A stretch of DNA of 32,000 bases from Amoeboradix gromovi X-113 (lineage: Eukaryota; Fungi; Sanchytriomycota): positions 6,365-38,364 of the forward strand of contig JADGIF010000021.1 in the NCBI GenBank assembly GCA_018985225.1, in the 5' to 3' direction. Made by a program: the position numbers and the translations under genes. Shown piece by piece: positions 9,632-20,360 of the stretch. A model generated the notes under the pieces. It was not told where the DNA came from. It saw nothing but the letters and a program-made list of their open reading frames with translations, and ran no database searches. Positions within the stretch are counted from its first letter, which is position 1. Each line of letters starts with the position of its first letter.

Positions 9632-11500
9632 ATGGACCTCTTAAAATTGAACTGGGCATATAATGACAACATTAACAATAACGAAATTCATCTCAAGTGT
9701 CTAAAACTGCTAAAAGCTAGATCTTCAAGTCCCAAAGAATATCTGCTAGCCAAGAAGTATTTATTTGAGTTACAAGCCAACATTGGAAAATGGAAAATGA
9801 ACTTTCTTGGCTATATACTAACATATATATTTAATAAAATGTATCTGCAAATCAATGTTATGGTGGAGAATATTGCAACGATTCAATCTATCAGGAAGCG
9901 ACATCCGGTAATTTATATACCTTGTCATAAGTCTCATTTTGACTATTTGCTTATACAATTTGCTATTGTAACTCTACATTTAGGCGTGCCTTTTATAGCA
10001 GCAGGCGAAAATCTTAATTTAACGGGTGTTGGTAGCTTACTGAAAGGAGGTGGTGCTTTTTTCATTAAACGGTCTTTTACCGATCCAATTCACAAATTAG
10101 TAACTTCTACCTATATTAATGTTCTGCTCCAAGGTAACCACTGCATAGAATTCTTTATTGAAGGCACACGAAGTCGAACTGGCAAATTAAAAAGACCAAA
10201 GTATGGTTTACTTAAAATGATTTCATCAGAAATGAAGAGCGATGCTTACATAGTTCCAATTAGTATTACTTACGATAGGGTTGTGGAAACACCCTCATAC
10301 GTAGACGAGTTATCAGGGTCTGAAAAACAGCAAGAAAGCATTTTATCACTAATAAAAAGTGTATCAGTGATAAATGAAAAGTATGGAAACATTAGCATCA
10401 GATTTGGGGAGCCATTCTCTATCAAATCATATTTGGCTACCAGCAACATTCAAACTTTAGCTTATGAGATACTTTACAGAATCAATGATCTAGCAGTTAT
10501 TTCACCCTCTACATTGTTTGCCACAGCGCTATTAACACATAGCGGTAAAGGAGTAGGACTTCTGGAATTAACGAAAAGAATAGATTGGATAAAAGAGCGA
10601 GTTTTGGATAGAAATGGGTACATTAATGTGCATACAGCAGAAGAAATAATAAAGGACTCTCTAAATATCCTTAAAAACACTCTAGTGAAGGAGAAACATG
10701 GGTTATTAGAGCAGATCTATTATACAGATAGGAGATATGAACTGTCCTACTACAGAAACCAGTTGATCCATTTGTTTGTAAATGAATCCCTGGTATGCGC
10801 TGTTATACATGCTCATAAACGAAGGGATTTGCTCGTAAATGATTTATTGCAGGGAGTTTTGTACTTGTCTAGATTACTGAAATTTGAGTTTATTTTCAGA
10901 TCAAATCCAATTAAAGACAATTTGATGGACACTTTGTCTAGGTTAGAAAGAGATGGTATAATTAGTAAGTTTGATGATACTTTGGTATGCTTGAAACCAC
11001 TTGTAGGGTCTCCTCGGGAGAAATTTGAATTTTATTGCTTGTTGGTTTGGCCATTTATTGAGAGCTATTGGTTAGCTACTGTGTCTTTGTACTCATTATA
11101 CCTCTATTACAAACATAAGAAGCATAACGAGAGTTGTTCCACTGCTAGATTTATGCAAATAAACATGGATATTGGAAGTACCCTGCACTATCAAGGCGAT
11201 TTATTCTTCATGGAGTCGATTAACAAGGATAACATCTTCAATGCATGGGAATATTTGAGGCTGATATTGCCATTTACTTTCCAGAAAAACGAAGTGGCAT
11301 TAAACTATGATATTGTTGTTGAAAATGGAAAAGCAATCGAGCTTAATGATCCCATCGCCAGTAACTTTCCACAGGGAGCGCTGAGTGATGCGATAAATAG
11401 AAACAATATGTTTAGAATGAAGCCGCACACGACAATGTGGAGATTGATTAGATGTTGTGAAATAGCATATTTGAGACTTTCTTCAGATGCCAAACTATAA
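9632..11500 (+). CDS. Glycerol-3-phosphate/dihydroxyacetone-phosphate acyltransferase (GNPAT/PlsB-like) with C-terminal PTS1 (AKL)
   Basis: PCHKSHFDY (HxxxxD), AAGENL, GAFFIKRSF, EFFIEGTRSRTGK, LSYYRNQLIHLF; ends in ...DAKL*. Confidence 0.88.
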   Translation: MDLLKLNWAYNDNINNNEIHLKCLKLLKARSSSPKEYLLAKKYLFELQANIGKWKMNFLGYILTYIFNKMYLQINVMVENIATIQSIRKRHPVIYIPCHKSHFDYLLIQFAIVTLHLGVPFIAAGENLNLTGVGSLLKGGGAFFIKRSFTDPIHKLVTSTYINVLLQGNHCIEFFIEGTRSRTGKLKRPKYGLLKMISSEMKSDAYIVPISITYDRVVETPSYVDELSGSEKQQESILSLIKSVSVINEKYGNISIRFGEPFSIKSYLATSNIQTLAYEILYRINDLAVISPSTLFATALLTHSGKGVGLLELTKRIDWIKERVLDRNGYINVHTAEEIIKDSLNILKNTLVKEKHGLLEQIYYTDRRYELSYYRNQLIHLFVNESLVCAVIHAHKRRDLLVNDLLQGVLYLSRLLKFEFIFRSNPIKDNLMDTLSRLERDGIISKFDDTLVCLKPLVGSPREKFEFYCLLVWPFIESYWLATVSLYSLYLYYKHKKHNESCSTARFMQINMDIGSTLHYQGDLFFMESINKDNIFNAWEYLRLILPFTFQKNEVALNYDIVVENGKAIELNDPIASNFPQGALSDAINRNNMFRMKPHTTMWRLIRCCEIAYLRLSSDAKL

Positions 11501-11573
11501 GCGAACATACTGCAATTAAACTTTCCACTTCTCTATATTGTGCTAGTCATCTAAGTAATATAAATTATACTAC

Positions 11574-11602
11574 TGGGACACCAAATATAAAAGCTAGACT
11601 AA
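11574..11602. repeat. 29-bp dispersed repeat, copy 1
   Basis: TGGGACACCAAATATAAAAGCTAGACTAA; 28/29 identical to 31868-31896. Confidence 0.85.
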
Positions 11603-11682
11603 GTTTTAAATTATAAAGTATTATTTATTTATCCTAGTAAAACATAATATATCTCTAAAATGTCTATAAGTTGGATGTAATA

Positions 11683-12135
11683 TCAACCTGCAGCTCTTTT
11701 TGCGATCACTTTAACTTTTCTGTCCTTGTTTTTTCGATATTTTCGCTTTTTAGTTGGCTTTGAAGGACTAATAGTAATTCCCTCGAGTTTACTAAGTATA
11801 TGCGCCTCGGATTGCAATTCTGCAGCTTCTTTAGGTAGCTGATGCGCAACTGAACCTTTTTCTTTGCAAATCTTGTAAAATTCGTCATCTTCAATGGTAC
11901 CTTCTAGGTCGTTCTTTATTGGGACCTTGGTAATTTCACCCTGAAATAAGTTACAATCTAATCTACCTTCGTTCATTTTCTGCAACTCATTTACTAAGCT
12001 TCTTAGTTCATCTTTTGATGCGGTTGTAAAAAATAGATTTTTACCATCTGTATATGTTGGATTTAAATGGGCGTACTTTTTAACATCAGTAACATCGTAT
12101 AGCGTACATCTCTTCCGCTCCTGAAATGTTGACAT
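11683..12135 (-). CDS. Hypothetical protein, 150 aa, with a basic C-terminus (possible NLS)
   Basis: ATG in an AAATG context, charged protein-like composition, KKRKYRKNK near the end. No family recognised. Confidence 0.6.
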   Translation of the reverse strand: MSTFQERKRCTLYDVTDVKKYAHLNPTYTDGKNLFFTTASKDELRSLVNELQKMNEGRLDCNLFQGEITKVPIKNDLEGTIEDDEFYKICKEKGSVAHQLPKEAAELQSEAHILSKLEGITISPSKPTKKRKYRKNKDRKVKVIAKRAAG

Positions 12136-12294
12136 TTCAAAATTGGTTTATGTTAGTTTCACTGGTCCCCCTATTGAAGGCAATCAAAATAGTTTACTTT
12201 TGCTTCCAAGAATTATAGAATCATTACATTTTACGGTCTTAACTAACTTCTTTTTTGTCATGACGGCTCATCGTTATTCCGGCTAGCTTGAAAC

Positions 12295-15200
12295 ATGAGG
12301 AATCTAGAGTTTAACGCTAGCTTTTTCTCCAGATGGACTTTTTCCTGGATGGACCCAATTTTTAAACTTGGTTCCGCGTTAAATAATGAGAATTTCATGG
12401 AAATTAATGAAGCTGATAAATCGGAACCTCACTTTCACATGTACTCCATATATAAATCCATGTTCCCTGATAGAGCTTTGTATAAGTATATTTTTAAAAC
12501 TGTGAAATATTTACTGTATCAGCAATTACTATGCGGTGTATTTTATGCACTCTGCAGTGTTTTACCTTCTTATATGTTACATCAATTACTACAGGCCACA
12601 TCGATACCGTCTCATATCTTTTATTTGTCTTTGATTGTGCTGTCATTAATAGCGACGTCTTTCCTTTTAAACCGCACAAATTACTGCGGAAACAAGCTAG
12701 TTATTCGAGTATATTCCATATTGCAATCTGATATATTTGTGTCAACACTACAAAGAAAGCAATTTCAACTACCCCAACAAGGAGAATTGTTAAATTTTAT
12801 AAATATCGATGTAAAGATCATTTCAGAGTTCATTCGCATTTCTTATTACTTGATTTCTGCTCCAATTCAAATTGTTACATGTACTCTTGTTTTATGCAAT
12901 TTTTTGGGTGTTAGTGGTTTACTAATTATTGTCGTATTAATCCTCACCGTACCAGTCCAAAAGTATATTATGAGTGTTGTAAGTAGACTGCAATCTAAGA
13001 TTCTGTTTTACACTGATTCCAGAATATCAAAAACTAATGAGTTACTGGTTGCTATCAAGTTAGTCAAGTTAAATGGATGGGAAGACTTGTTTTATAACAA
13101 CATTAGAGATATAAGGAAACTAGAACTAATGGCTCTTTGCAAGTTCAAATGGATCATGGGTACTTTTGACTGCATATTTGGTCTAATTCCTATTTTATTA
13201 CCGATAATGACTCTATTGATATATCTGCAATATAATCCGTCATTGGATCCATCCATTGTATTCACGATGCTCTCTATTTTACAGTTGGTACAGTTCCCGA
13301 TCAAAGACTATCCTGAAACAGCATTAAAATATTTTGAATTTCGGGTTTCAATTGAAAGATTACAGAGATATTTGAACACGGATTTGGATTGTAACAACAG
13401 CGTGATAAACTCTGATTTTATAGGGTTTAAACAGGCTAAAATGGGATACGTAAAACCAAAAACGCAACTATCAGCCAAAGATGAAATAAATCCCGATGAT
13501 TTTGATTTTTTACTAGATGTAGGTTTTGTCATCCCGACAGGCAGATTAACTGTAGTTCTCGGTAAGACCGGCTGTGGTAAGTCAATGTTACTACAATCCT
13601 TGTGTAATCAAGTACCTATTTATAGAGGGAAAGTTAGTATTGGTAATAACAAATCTGTAGGAATGGTACCCCAAATACCTTGGATGATGCATAAAAGCAT
13701 CAAGGATAATATTATTTTAAACCATCCTTTTGAAGTGAATAAATATCACGCCATCTTAGAATTGTGCTGTTTGATAGAGGACTTGAACACATTTCCTAGC
13801 AAAGATGCTACTATACCCCAGTACTGTAGTGGCGGTCAGCTACAAAGGATTGCCTTGGCTCGCGTTTTGTATGCTGAACATGAAATGTATCTTTTTGACA
13901 ATGTGTTGGCCTCTCTAGATAGTATAACTGCGAGTATTATATTGAAAAATGTTATAATTAATACATTGAAGGAAACAACACGTGTCTTGACAGCTACTGA
14001 TGCGCAATTAGTGCTACCTTTTGCGGACTACATTGTGATTCTAAAGGATGGTAAAAGTATCGTACATGGTACATTGCAACAAGTACAGGACAAACTAGCA
14101 GGATTTGACAAATATTTGTTGAATTCGTCACAACCCGAGGCCAACCCGGAGGGGCAGCCAGAAGCAAAAGTTCAACTGCTGCATACTTCACCAATAAAAG
14201 AAAAAGAAGAGAAAATGGCTGGAAAAATAAACAACAGTACATACCTCTTTTATATCTCGAGTATAGGAGGAGTTTTTATACTGTTTTTAATAATGTTTGG
14301 CGATTTTGCGCTACTAATTTTATCGTTTATGAGGGATATGGTTTTAAAGCATTGGAGTATGGGTGCAGTAGGAGATTGGCTTCTTATGGCCAATTCAAAT
14401 AGCGATATTAATGCATATTATACTTCTACATTTTTAGAGATTACATTCATTTTTATAATAATTAATCTGATAATTCAGTACTTTAAAGTGGTAATGGATA
14501 TAAAGGGAGCGCTATATTTGCACAACACATTGTTGGATAAAATATTGCATTGCGAGTTATTCTTGATTGGCAATGTCGGTACTGTACTGAACCGGTTTTC
14601 AAACGACATGCTGATTGTTGATAAACAAATGGCGAACTCATTGTTTAGTGTGATCTTCTTTATAATAATGATTTCTAGTATTATGTTCTTTATTATGATT
14701 TATACTCCGTGGTTTGTGGTACCTTGTTTTTTGATAATTTATGTTTATTATAAACTTAGCTTTTATTACTTAAACGCGACACGAGAGCTAAAGAGGCTAG
14801 AGAGCAGCTTTAGATCGCCCTTGATGACGATGATTCTCACCATGTTCAGCGGGAACAAATACATTCAGGTATATGGAATTGAGGGATATATAAAGCAGGA
14901 TTTGTTAAATAGAGTTGACGATTGCAACAACTTGTTCTTTCAGCTGTCTGCGGCTAATAGATGGCTAAGTATAAGAAGTGACGTGATTGGAGGGATTATA
15001 GTGCTCTGCAGTGGACTAAGTTTAATAGGAATGGATAAAGGTATCACAGGACTAATAATGACATATAGCTTGCAAATAACAAACTCACTGGTTTGGCTAC
15101 TACAGCACAGAGGCAATTTGGAAATAAACAGTTGTGCTATAGAAAGAATACAAGAATATGTAAATATACAACAAGAACCCAAACTATTAAAAGAAACGGA

Positions 15201-15960
15201 AGTGCGTAGGGACTGGCCTTACAATGGGTCAATAAAAGTAAACTGTCTCTCAGTTAGCGTTGGTGACACTGTTATTTTAAAGAATTTATCTCTAAGAATA
15301 AAGGGTGGGCATAAAATAGGGATTGTTGGCAGAACTGGAGCAGGTAAGTCAACCTTTTTAAATTCTTTCTTTCAATTGTATCAATACAGTGGTGAGATAT
15401 TTGTTGATGACGTTAATCTGCAAGAGCTGAATAGAGGCCTAGTCCGTAAAAGATTCTGTTTGATTCCTCAGGATCCGATTCTATTCAAGGGAACGGTGAG
15501 ACAAAATCTTGATTTGTTTGGGATATACGACGATTTGCAATTGTACACCATACTGGATAAAGCCCAAATTAAGCTGAACTTGGACGATTTAGTGGAAGAT
15601 AATGGAAACAACAAAAGCGTTGGTGAACGCCAGCTGATTTGCTTAGCTCGTTGTTTATTGAAGTCCAGTAGGCTGGTATGTATTGATGAAGCTACTGCCA
15701 GTTTAGATGATCACGCTAGCTCTTCAATTCAGAAGCTAATGTTGAATATGAAGGAGACAACAATTCTGTGTGTTGCTCATAAATTAAAAACAATCGTTGG
15801 TTTCGACAAGATTATCGTGATGAATAACGGGGAAATAGTTGAATACAACACACCCCAAGTCTTGATCAACAACCCAAACTCGTACTTTCTACAGCTGGCA
15901 AAGGAGAGTGGGGACTACGAATTTATCATTTCCCATGTGACACGAATACTGCAAAGATAA
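12295..15960 (+). CDS. ABCC/MRP-type ABC transporter (TMD-NBD)2 without TMD0
   Basis: Lasso motif ASFFSRWTFSWMDP; NBD1 GKTGCGKS, CSGGQLQRIALAR, YLFDNVLASLD; ATRELKRLES and ANRWLSIR; NBD2 GIVGRTGAGKS, SVGERQLICLAR, IDEATASLD. Confidence 0.93.
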   Translation: MRNLEFNASFFSRWTFSWMDPIFKLGSALNNENFMEINEADKSEPHFHMYSIYKSMFPDRALYKYIFKTVKYLLYQQLLCGVFYALCSVLPSYMLHQLLQATSIPSHIFYLSLIVLSLIATSFLLNRTNYCGNKLVIRVYSILQSDIFVSTLQRKQFQLPQQGELLNFINIDVKIISEFIRISYYLISAPIQIVTCTLVLCNFLGVSGLLIIVVLILTVPVQKYIMSVVSRLQSKILFYTDSRISKTNELLVAIKLVKLNGWEDLFYNNIRDIRKLELMALCKFKWIMGTFDCIFGLIPILLPIMTLLIYLQYNPSLDPSIVFTMLSILQLVQFPIKDYPETALKYFEFRVSIERLQRYLNTDLDCNNSVINSDFIGFKQAKMGYVKPKTQLSAKDEINPDDFDFLLDVGFVIPTGRLTVVLGKTGCGKSMLLQSLCNQVPIYRGKVSIGNNKSVGMVPQIPWMMHKSIKDNIILNHPFEVNKYHAILELCCLIEDLNTFPSKDATIPQYCSGGQLQRIALARVLYAEHEMYLFDNVLASLDSITASIILKNVIINTLKETTRVLTATDAQLVLPFADYIVILKDGKSIVHGTLQQVQDKLAGFDKYLLNSSQPEANPEGQPEAKVQLLHTSPIKEKEEKMAGKINNSTYLFYISSIGGVFILFLIMFGDFALLILSFMRDMVLKHWSMGAVGDWLLMANSNSDINAYYTSTFLEITFIFIIINLIIQYFKVVMDIKGALYLHNTLLDKILHCELFLIGNVGTVLNRFSNDMLIVDKQMANSLFSVIFFIIMISSIMFFIMIYTPWFVVPCFLIIYVYYKLSFYYLNATRELKRLESSFRSPLMTMILTMFSGNKYIQVYGIEGYIKQDLLNRVDDCNNLFFQLSAANRWLSIRSDVIGGIIVLCSGLSLIGMDKGITGLIMTYSLQITNSLVWLLQHRGNLEINSCAIERIQEYVNIQQEPKLLKETEVRRDWPYNGSIKVNCLSVSVGDTVILKNLSLRIKGGHKIGIVGRTGAGKSTFLNSFFQLYQYSGEIFVDDVNLQELNRGLVRKRFCLIPQDPILFKGTVRQNLDLFGIYDDLQLYTILDKAQIKLNLDDLVEDNGNNKSVGERQLICLARCLLKSSRLVCIDEATASLDDHASSSIQKLMLNMKETTILCVAHKLKTIVGFDKIIVMNNGEIVEYNTPQVLINNPNSYFLQLAKESGDYEFIISHVTRILQR

Positions 15961-15988
15961 GTAAATATTATGTTAGTACTAAATTAAA

Positions 15989-17101
15989 TTATTTATTTAA
16001 GAGTAATGAGAGTGGAAGATCAATTAAAATGCTGTAACACTCTCTAAACAGCTTTATATTCTTTACAGGTTCCACAAAATAGGGGCAAGCAAAAGTGAGA
16101 ACAAAGTTACCAAATAACAGACCGAATACTTTTCCAAAAGACGAGTGCTTATTGACAATTGAAAAAACAAAATATTCAATTAGAACAGCAATTCCCTGAA
16201 TTACAAAATATGTTAATGAAGAGGTACAAATTTGATATGAACAAACAAGAATCAAATAATCATGGAATACTCCTGATACTATAAAAGCAGATAAAGCAAA
16301 CATTGATTTGGCCACTTTGGTAGAGCCCTTGTACACATTCTTTGGAACGAGAATGAAAATATCCCTTAAAATTGTATGCCACGATTCTGACCAAAAAGAT
16401 GCTACGCTTTTAACCATAAAGGGCTTGTTAAAGAGCATGTACGGTCTTTGATCACCAACTTCGTACGCTATTTCCAGCAGTAAAGAGTTAAGAGTCTTTT
16501 CTGGGATCAAAATTGATAACTTAAAACACAATTTGGATACTAAAATAAATATTAGAGAGGAGATCAGAGTAAACAGTTGAATAGCAGTAGATATTAATAT
16601 GCCATAGTAGAATGCGTAAATAAATCTAAACAGACAGTAGTACCACCCAGTCAAGAGATTGATTCTATTTAAGTTGAGGTCATTGGAGTGCTTTTGACCA
16701 ACGACCAACAATGAGATCAGAAAGAGTGTATACTTAACTAGCAGTGGAATTACTTCAGCTGGGCTAGAAAGATATTTAAAATTGTTTTCAATTTCGTACT
16801 TTTTATGCGGATCATACTGCTTCATTCGTAAATCCTTGATAGCATACATAACATTGCTAGAATAATTTTTAAAATTAATGTTAAACGATTTATAGCATTT
16901 CACGACAACAATCCAGTTCAGTATAGCGCCAAAATAGTTATTTCCCATAGTTGCATAAACATGAAAATATGGAACTACTAGCACTATCAACATAGCTATT
17001 GCCTTTGAAATTTTTGAAAAGTTGTGCATGTTGGCTCCAAACAACACTGTAATCAATACTAGCGCTATATCTCTGGATACATGAGTAATATCCAAATTCA
17101 T
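15989..17101 (-). CDS. Membrane-bound O-acyltransferase, MBOAT_2 (wax-synthase-like) family
   Basis: Multi-TM protein with LFNKPFMVKSVASFWSESWHTILR, AFIVSGVFHDY (catalytic His) and YFVIQGIAVLIE. Confidence 0.85.
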   Translation of the reverse strand: MNLDITHVSRDIALVLITVLFGANMHNFSKISKAIAMLIVLVVPYFHVYATMGNNYFGAILNWIVVVKCYKSFNINFKNYSSNVMYAIKDLRMKQYDPHKKYEIENNFKYLSSPAEVIPLLVKYTLFLISLLVVGQKHSNDLNLNRINLLTGWYYCLFRFIYAFYYGILISTAIQLFTLISSLIFILVSKLCFKLSILIPEKTLNSLLLEIAYEVGDQRPYMLFNKPFMVKSVASFWSESWHTILRDIFILVPKNVYKGSTKVAKSMFALSAFIVSGVFHDYLILVCSYQICTSSLTYFVIQGIAVLIEYFVFSIVNKHSSFGKVFGLLFGNFVLTFACPYFVEPVKNIKLFRECYSILIDLPLSLLLNK

Positions 17102-17248
17102 TCGGTTTCACCCTATAACATACCGATGCGGCCGTATGAAATTGACATGAATGAAATCTTAGTTTTTCTGATCGTCTTTTACTTGAATTATATTAATACA
17201 TCTTATAACAAGTGTTCTAAAATAAATCAAGGATAAAACATCAACAAA

Positions 17249-18788
17249 ATGGGAAAAAAGGTAGTTATTGTAGGATTAGGGGAAGCTGGAAAGAGTTGCT
17301 ATAGAATATTAGCTCCCATAAAGGAACTAGAAGTTAAGCAGGTTAACCACATCATTAAAAGTATAGATACGGCAAAAAAAACTTTGCATTGTGATAAGAT
17401 AAGTTATGAATATGACTTTTTAGTTCTCTGCACCGGTGCATCTCCTCGGGAGTTGGAAAAAAACCATCCTAACATAAAGACTACCCGCGATTTTAACTCT
17501 ATCCAGCAACTAGCTGAAATTGCCAAATCCAGTAACCGTATCGCTGTACTTGGAAATGGAGGTGTTTCATTGGAAGTCGTCAACGAATTTCGTAGCCTCG
17601 AACTTTTATGGATATTCAAGGACAGCCATATTGGAAAGGATTTCCTTGACGAGGATACTAGCAAGTATTTTTACCCCTACATTTTTAAAAAGAACATTCC
17701 CTGCAAGAACGACGTATGGGCCTATCTTAATAACGGTGATTCTCCAGATCTCTCTGCGAGCTCAATGGACAACAACATATCTGATAAAGCTAAGAAATTG
17801 GAAACCCCTTTGGGCCCTGCTCTTGGCCCTGTTTGGAAAGATAGCTTCAGACAATTTATTAAGGTGCATCATGAATTAGATAATTTCAGAGATATACGAT
17901 TTGAACCTTCCACTACTCTGGATGATATTTTGAGTTCTAAAGCAGCCAGAGATGTATATAATGATGCAGTCGTCTCAAAAGATACCATTAATGCCTTTGC
18001 AGAATCCGATCAGGCAACCGGGTGGGAAATGAATGACATAATTAATTTTCAAGTGCCACCATCTAAGATTAAACATTTAAAGCAATTAAAGAAAAGTGAT
18101 GCGAAATTTGAAGAGTATCCGCTGTTCTTGAAGTTAAAGAATGGCAATGTATATGGAGTTGACTATCTGATATGCGGTCTTGGTGTAGTGCCAAATACCT
18201 CCTTTATTAAAGCATCTGATAAGATCAAATTAAGCGAGGAAGGAGGCATAATTGTAGATAATACCATGAAATCATCAATTGATTCAATATATGCAGCAGG
18301 TGATGTGGCTACAATAATGCCAATACAGCACAACTTCATCCAAAAGAGACTGTGGTCTCAAGCAAGAGTCATGGGAATTGCAGCTGCACAATCGATAATA
18401 CAGTCCGTGGATATAAAGTATACAATTTCGAAGAGCGTAACATCACTTATACACTTTTGCATGCTTCCCGCACTAAGCTCAGCGATGATAACGCGCTATT
18501 TCAACAATTTTGTGCATGTTACATCTTTTTTTGGATTACGTGCTGTATTCCTGGGCAAATATAATGGACAAGGTCTAAAGTACACTACGGAGTTCTATAG
18601 CGCTGGTAACGGACTGGTCAAATATGTCAAAATGGATGGAAAAGTCAGGGGTGCCATACTAATTGGTGAGACAGGAATGGAGGTATCAATAATTAACTTA
18701 GGACTACATTGAGAACTTGGTAATAACAGGTACAGATACTGTAATATTCGATTTCTCGGCAAACGATGTGGATTTGTTTGGGGAATAG
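17249..18788 (+). CDS. PYROXD1: Pyridine nucleotide-disulfide oxidoreductase domain protein 1; 2 exons (17249-18682, 18702-18788)
   Basis: LCTGASP, TTRDFNS, VLGNGGVSLE, GPALGPVW, YAAGD, QKRLWSQARVMG, FVHVTSFFG..VFLGKYNGQGL, and after splicing GAILIGETGME|DYIENL, all matching the PYROXD1 family pattern. Confidence 0.88.
18683..18701 (+). other. 19-nt intron in PYROXD1
   Basis: GTATCAATAATTAACTTAG. Removal restores the conserved GETxxExxENL motif. Confidence 0.88.
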
Positions 18789-18814
18789 CCAAAAGTGTTA
18801 ATAAATCAGTTTAT

Positions 18815-19486
18815 TTAGAAAAGATTTTTGACTTTAAAAGCCTCAATTTGATTCATTAGCATCCTATTTTGATCAACCAGCACCTGCGTAAGATGTACAA
18901 GTTCTATCGTATAAGTTTCTAATCTCTTGTTTTCATCCAAGGTAGCAGCCAAAGAGTTTGATATTTTAGACTTGAAGTTTGATTTCATTAATTCCACAGC
19001 GTCTTGTAGCTTGCAAGATAACTGCTCATTCAAATCACGTTTTATGATCAAATGTGATTTTTCAAGAGCAAATAGTTCATGTTTTGACTTGACACTTAGA
19101 TCGGCTATCTGGTTTTCAAGGCTGGAGATCTGGAGTTGATATTGAGACTGCAGTTCAATGGCAATGTTTGCAGACTGTATTTTATTATCCATTTCTTGCA
19201 CAGCCTGATTTGTAGATGATTGTAATAGACAAATTTGATTTTCATGACTAGACTCCAACTCTACTAGGCTTCTGGAGGAGAATTCTATAATTTGTTCTTT
19301 TTCTTGAATGGTTTTTGATAAAAAAGCATTATCAGTCGATAGCAATCTTATCTTTTCCTCCAATTCAGTTACCACAAATTCTGTCGTCTGAATCGATGCT
19401 GCATATTTACGGGTTAGCTCCAATATCTGTAGCTCCAGGACTCGGATAGTAGATTGCATCAGAATTATGTTTTTGTCAGTTTCCAT
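18815..19486 (-). CDS. Coiled-coil protein, possibly a truncated CFAP157-like cilia protein
   Basis: Heptad-rich. The segments DNAFLSKTIQEKEQII and KHELFALEKS...KL...DENKRL...LVDQNRML recall CFAP157 (judged from memory of the family, not searched). Confidence 0.5.
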   Translation of the reverse strand: METDKNIILMQSTIRVLELQILELTRKYAASIQTTEFVVTELEEKIRLLSTDNAFLSKTIQEKEQIIEFSSRSLVELESSHENQICLLQSSTNQAVQEMDNKIQSANIAIELQSQYQLQISSLENQIADLSVKSKHELFALEKSHLIIKRDLNEQLSCKLQDAVELMKSNFKSKISNSLAATLDENKRLETYTIELVHLTQVLVDQNRMLMNQIEAFKVKNLF

Positions 19487-19507
19487 TTATTTTCAATTTT
19501 TGAGACA

Positions 19508-19759
19508 ATGGAAATTGTACTTCTTGATGACCTAAAAGATTTAACGCTTTTAGAATTTCAGGGTGATTTTACTAAATATAAAGGCACTGTAACTATTACA
19601 GATGATGTGATTAAGGTTGGAAATCAGACCATAAAAGAGAAATCTCAAGAAAATCCAAAGTTCTTGTATAGAATAAACAAAGAAACTTTAGAAATTACAG
19701 GAAAAGTTGGACTGCATCGAAAGTTTACTGAAAGACCGCATTTAAATTTTAAAATTTAG
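19508..19759 (+). CDS. CTF8: Chromosome transmission fidelity protein 8-like (83 aa)
   Basis: LLEFQG...IKVGNQ...PK...LEITGKV...KFTERP matches the Ctf8 pattern (IELQG...IGxH...KLxFxxRP). Start ATG 19508. Confidence 0.65.
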   Translation: MEIVLLDDLKDLTLLEFQGDFTKYKGTVTITDDVIKVGNQTIKEKSQENPKFLYRINKETLEITGKVGLHRKFTERPHLNFKI

Positions 19760-19763
19760 TTTA

Positions 19764-20360
19764 TTAAAATCCGTACTTTGATAATTCCGCTTGAAGTTTC
19801 TTCACTTTTTCGTTTGTCTTTACACTTTGCTTCTTTTTTAATTGAGCAGCATACCAAGCAGCATCTCTAGTCTTACGTTTAGCTTCAAGCTTATCTACGA
19901 CAGCTCCATACTTCCATCCAACAGTGTTAGCTAGTTCACCAACAGTACAAAACTTTCGGTTTTGTCGTAATCTAAGTTGACGATAAGCCTGAGGTACAAT
20001 CATTTTTTTGAGAACTTGATATTTTGGAGGAATTCCTTCAACAACAGTTAATCTAGATAATGCTTGCTCACCTCTTTTGGTAAATCGAGGGACCATACCT
20101 CTAACTGCCTTATGGAAGATTTTGGAAGGTGCGCGGAAGTGGAACGGTCCTTTCTTTGGGTTAACTAGACATCTTTTTCTCAAATAATGAGAATGTAACA
20201 GCTTGTTTCTAGCTAGTGATCCACTAATGCACAAATCTTCACATCTGACAACTACAATGTCCTGTCCTTCCAATAAATGTTTTGCAGTGATAGATGCTAA
20301 TCTTCCCATCATATGATCTTTACCGTCAATAATGACTACCTTTTCAAAAGTATTAACCAT
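19764..20360 (-). CDS. RPL16: 60S ribosomal protein uL13 (L13a/L16)
   Basis: IIDGKDHMMGRLAS, VVVRCE, NPKKGPFHFRAPSKIF, RGMVP, EGIPP, VGWKY. Confidence 0.97.
   Translation of the reverse strand: MVNTFEKVVIIDGKDHMMGRLASITAKHLLEGQDIVVVRCEDLCISGSLARNKLLHSHYLRKRCLVNPKKGPFHFRAPSKIFHKAVRGMVPRFTKRGEQALSRLTVVEGIPPKYQVLKKMIVPQAYRQLRLRQNRKFCTVGELANTVGWKYGAVVDKLEAKRKTRDAAWYAAQLKKKQSVKTNEKVKKLQAELSKYGF

Noticed and set aside
13555-13925. Degenerate NBD1 (CSGGQ, FDN) as a sign of ABC transporter inactivation
   Set aside because: A degenerate NBD1 site is normal for the ABCC family, and NBD2 keeps Walker A/B and the H-loop.
14131-14170. Short imperfect repeat CAACCCGAGG/CAACCCGGAGG (QPEANPEGQPEA)
   Set aside because: Low-complexity coding linker between the ABC halves; not a CRISPR array or mobile element.
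18400-18500. Possible in-frame intron explaining the insertion in PYROXD1
   Set aside because: I found no GT-AG pair with the YTDAY-N-WAG end and a 3n length; treated as a protein insertion.
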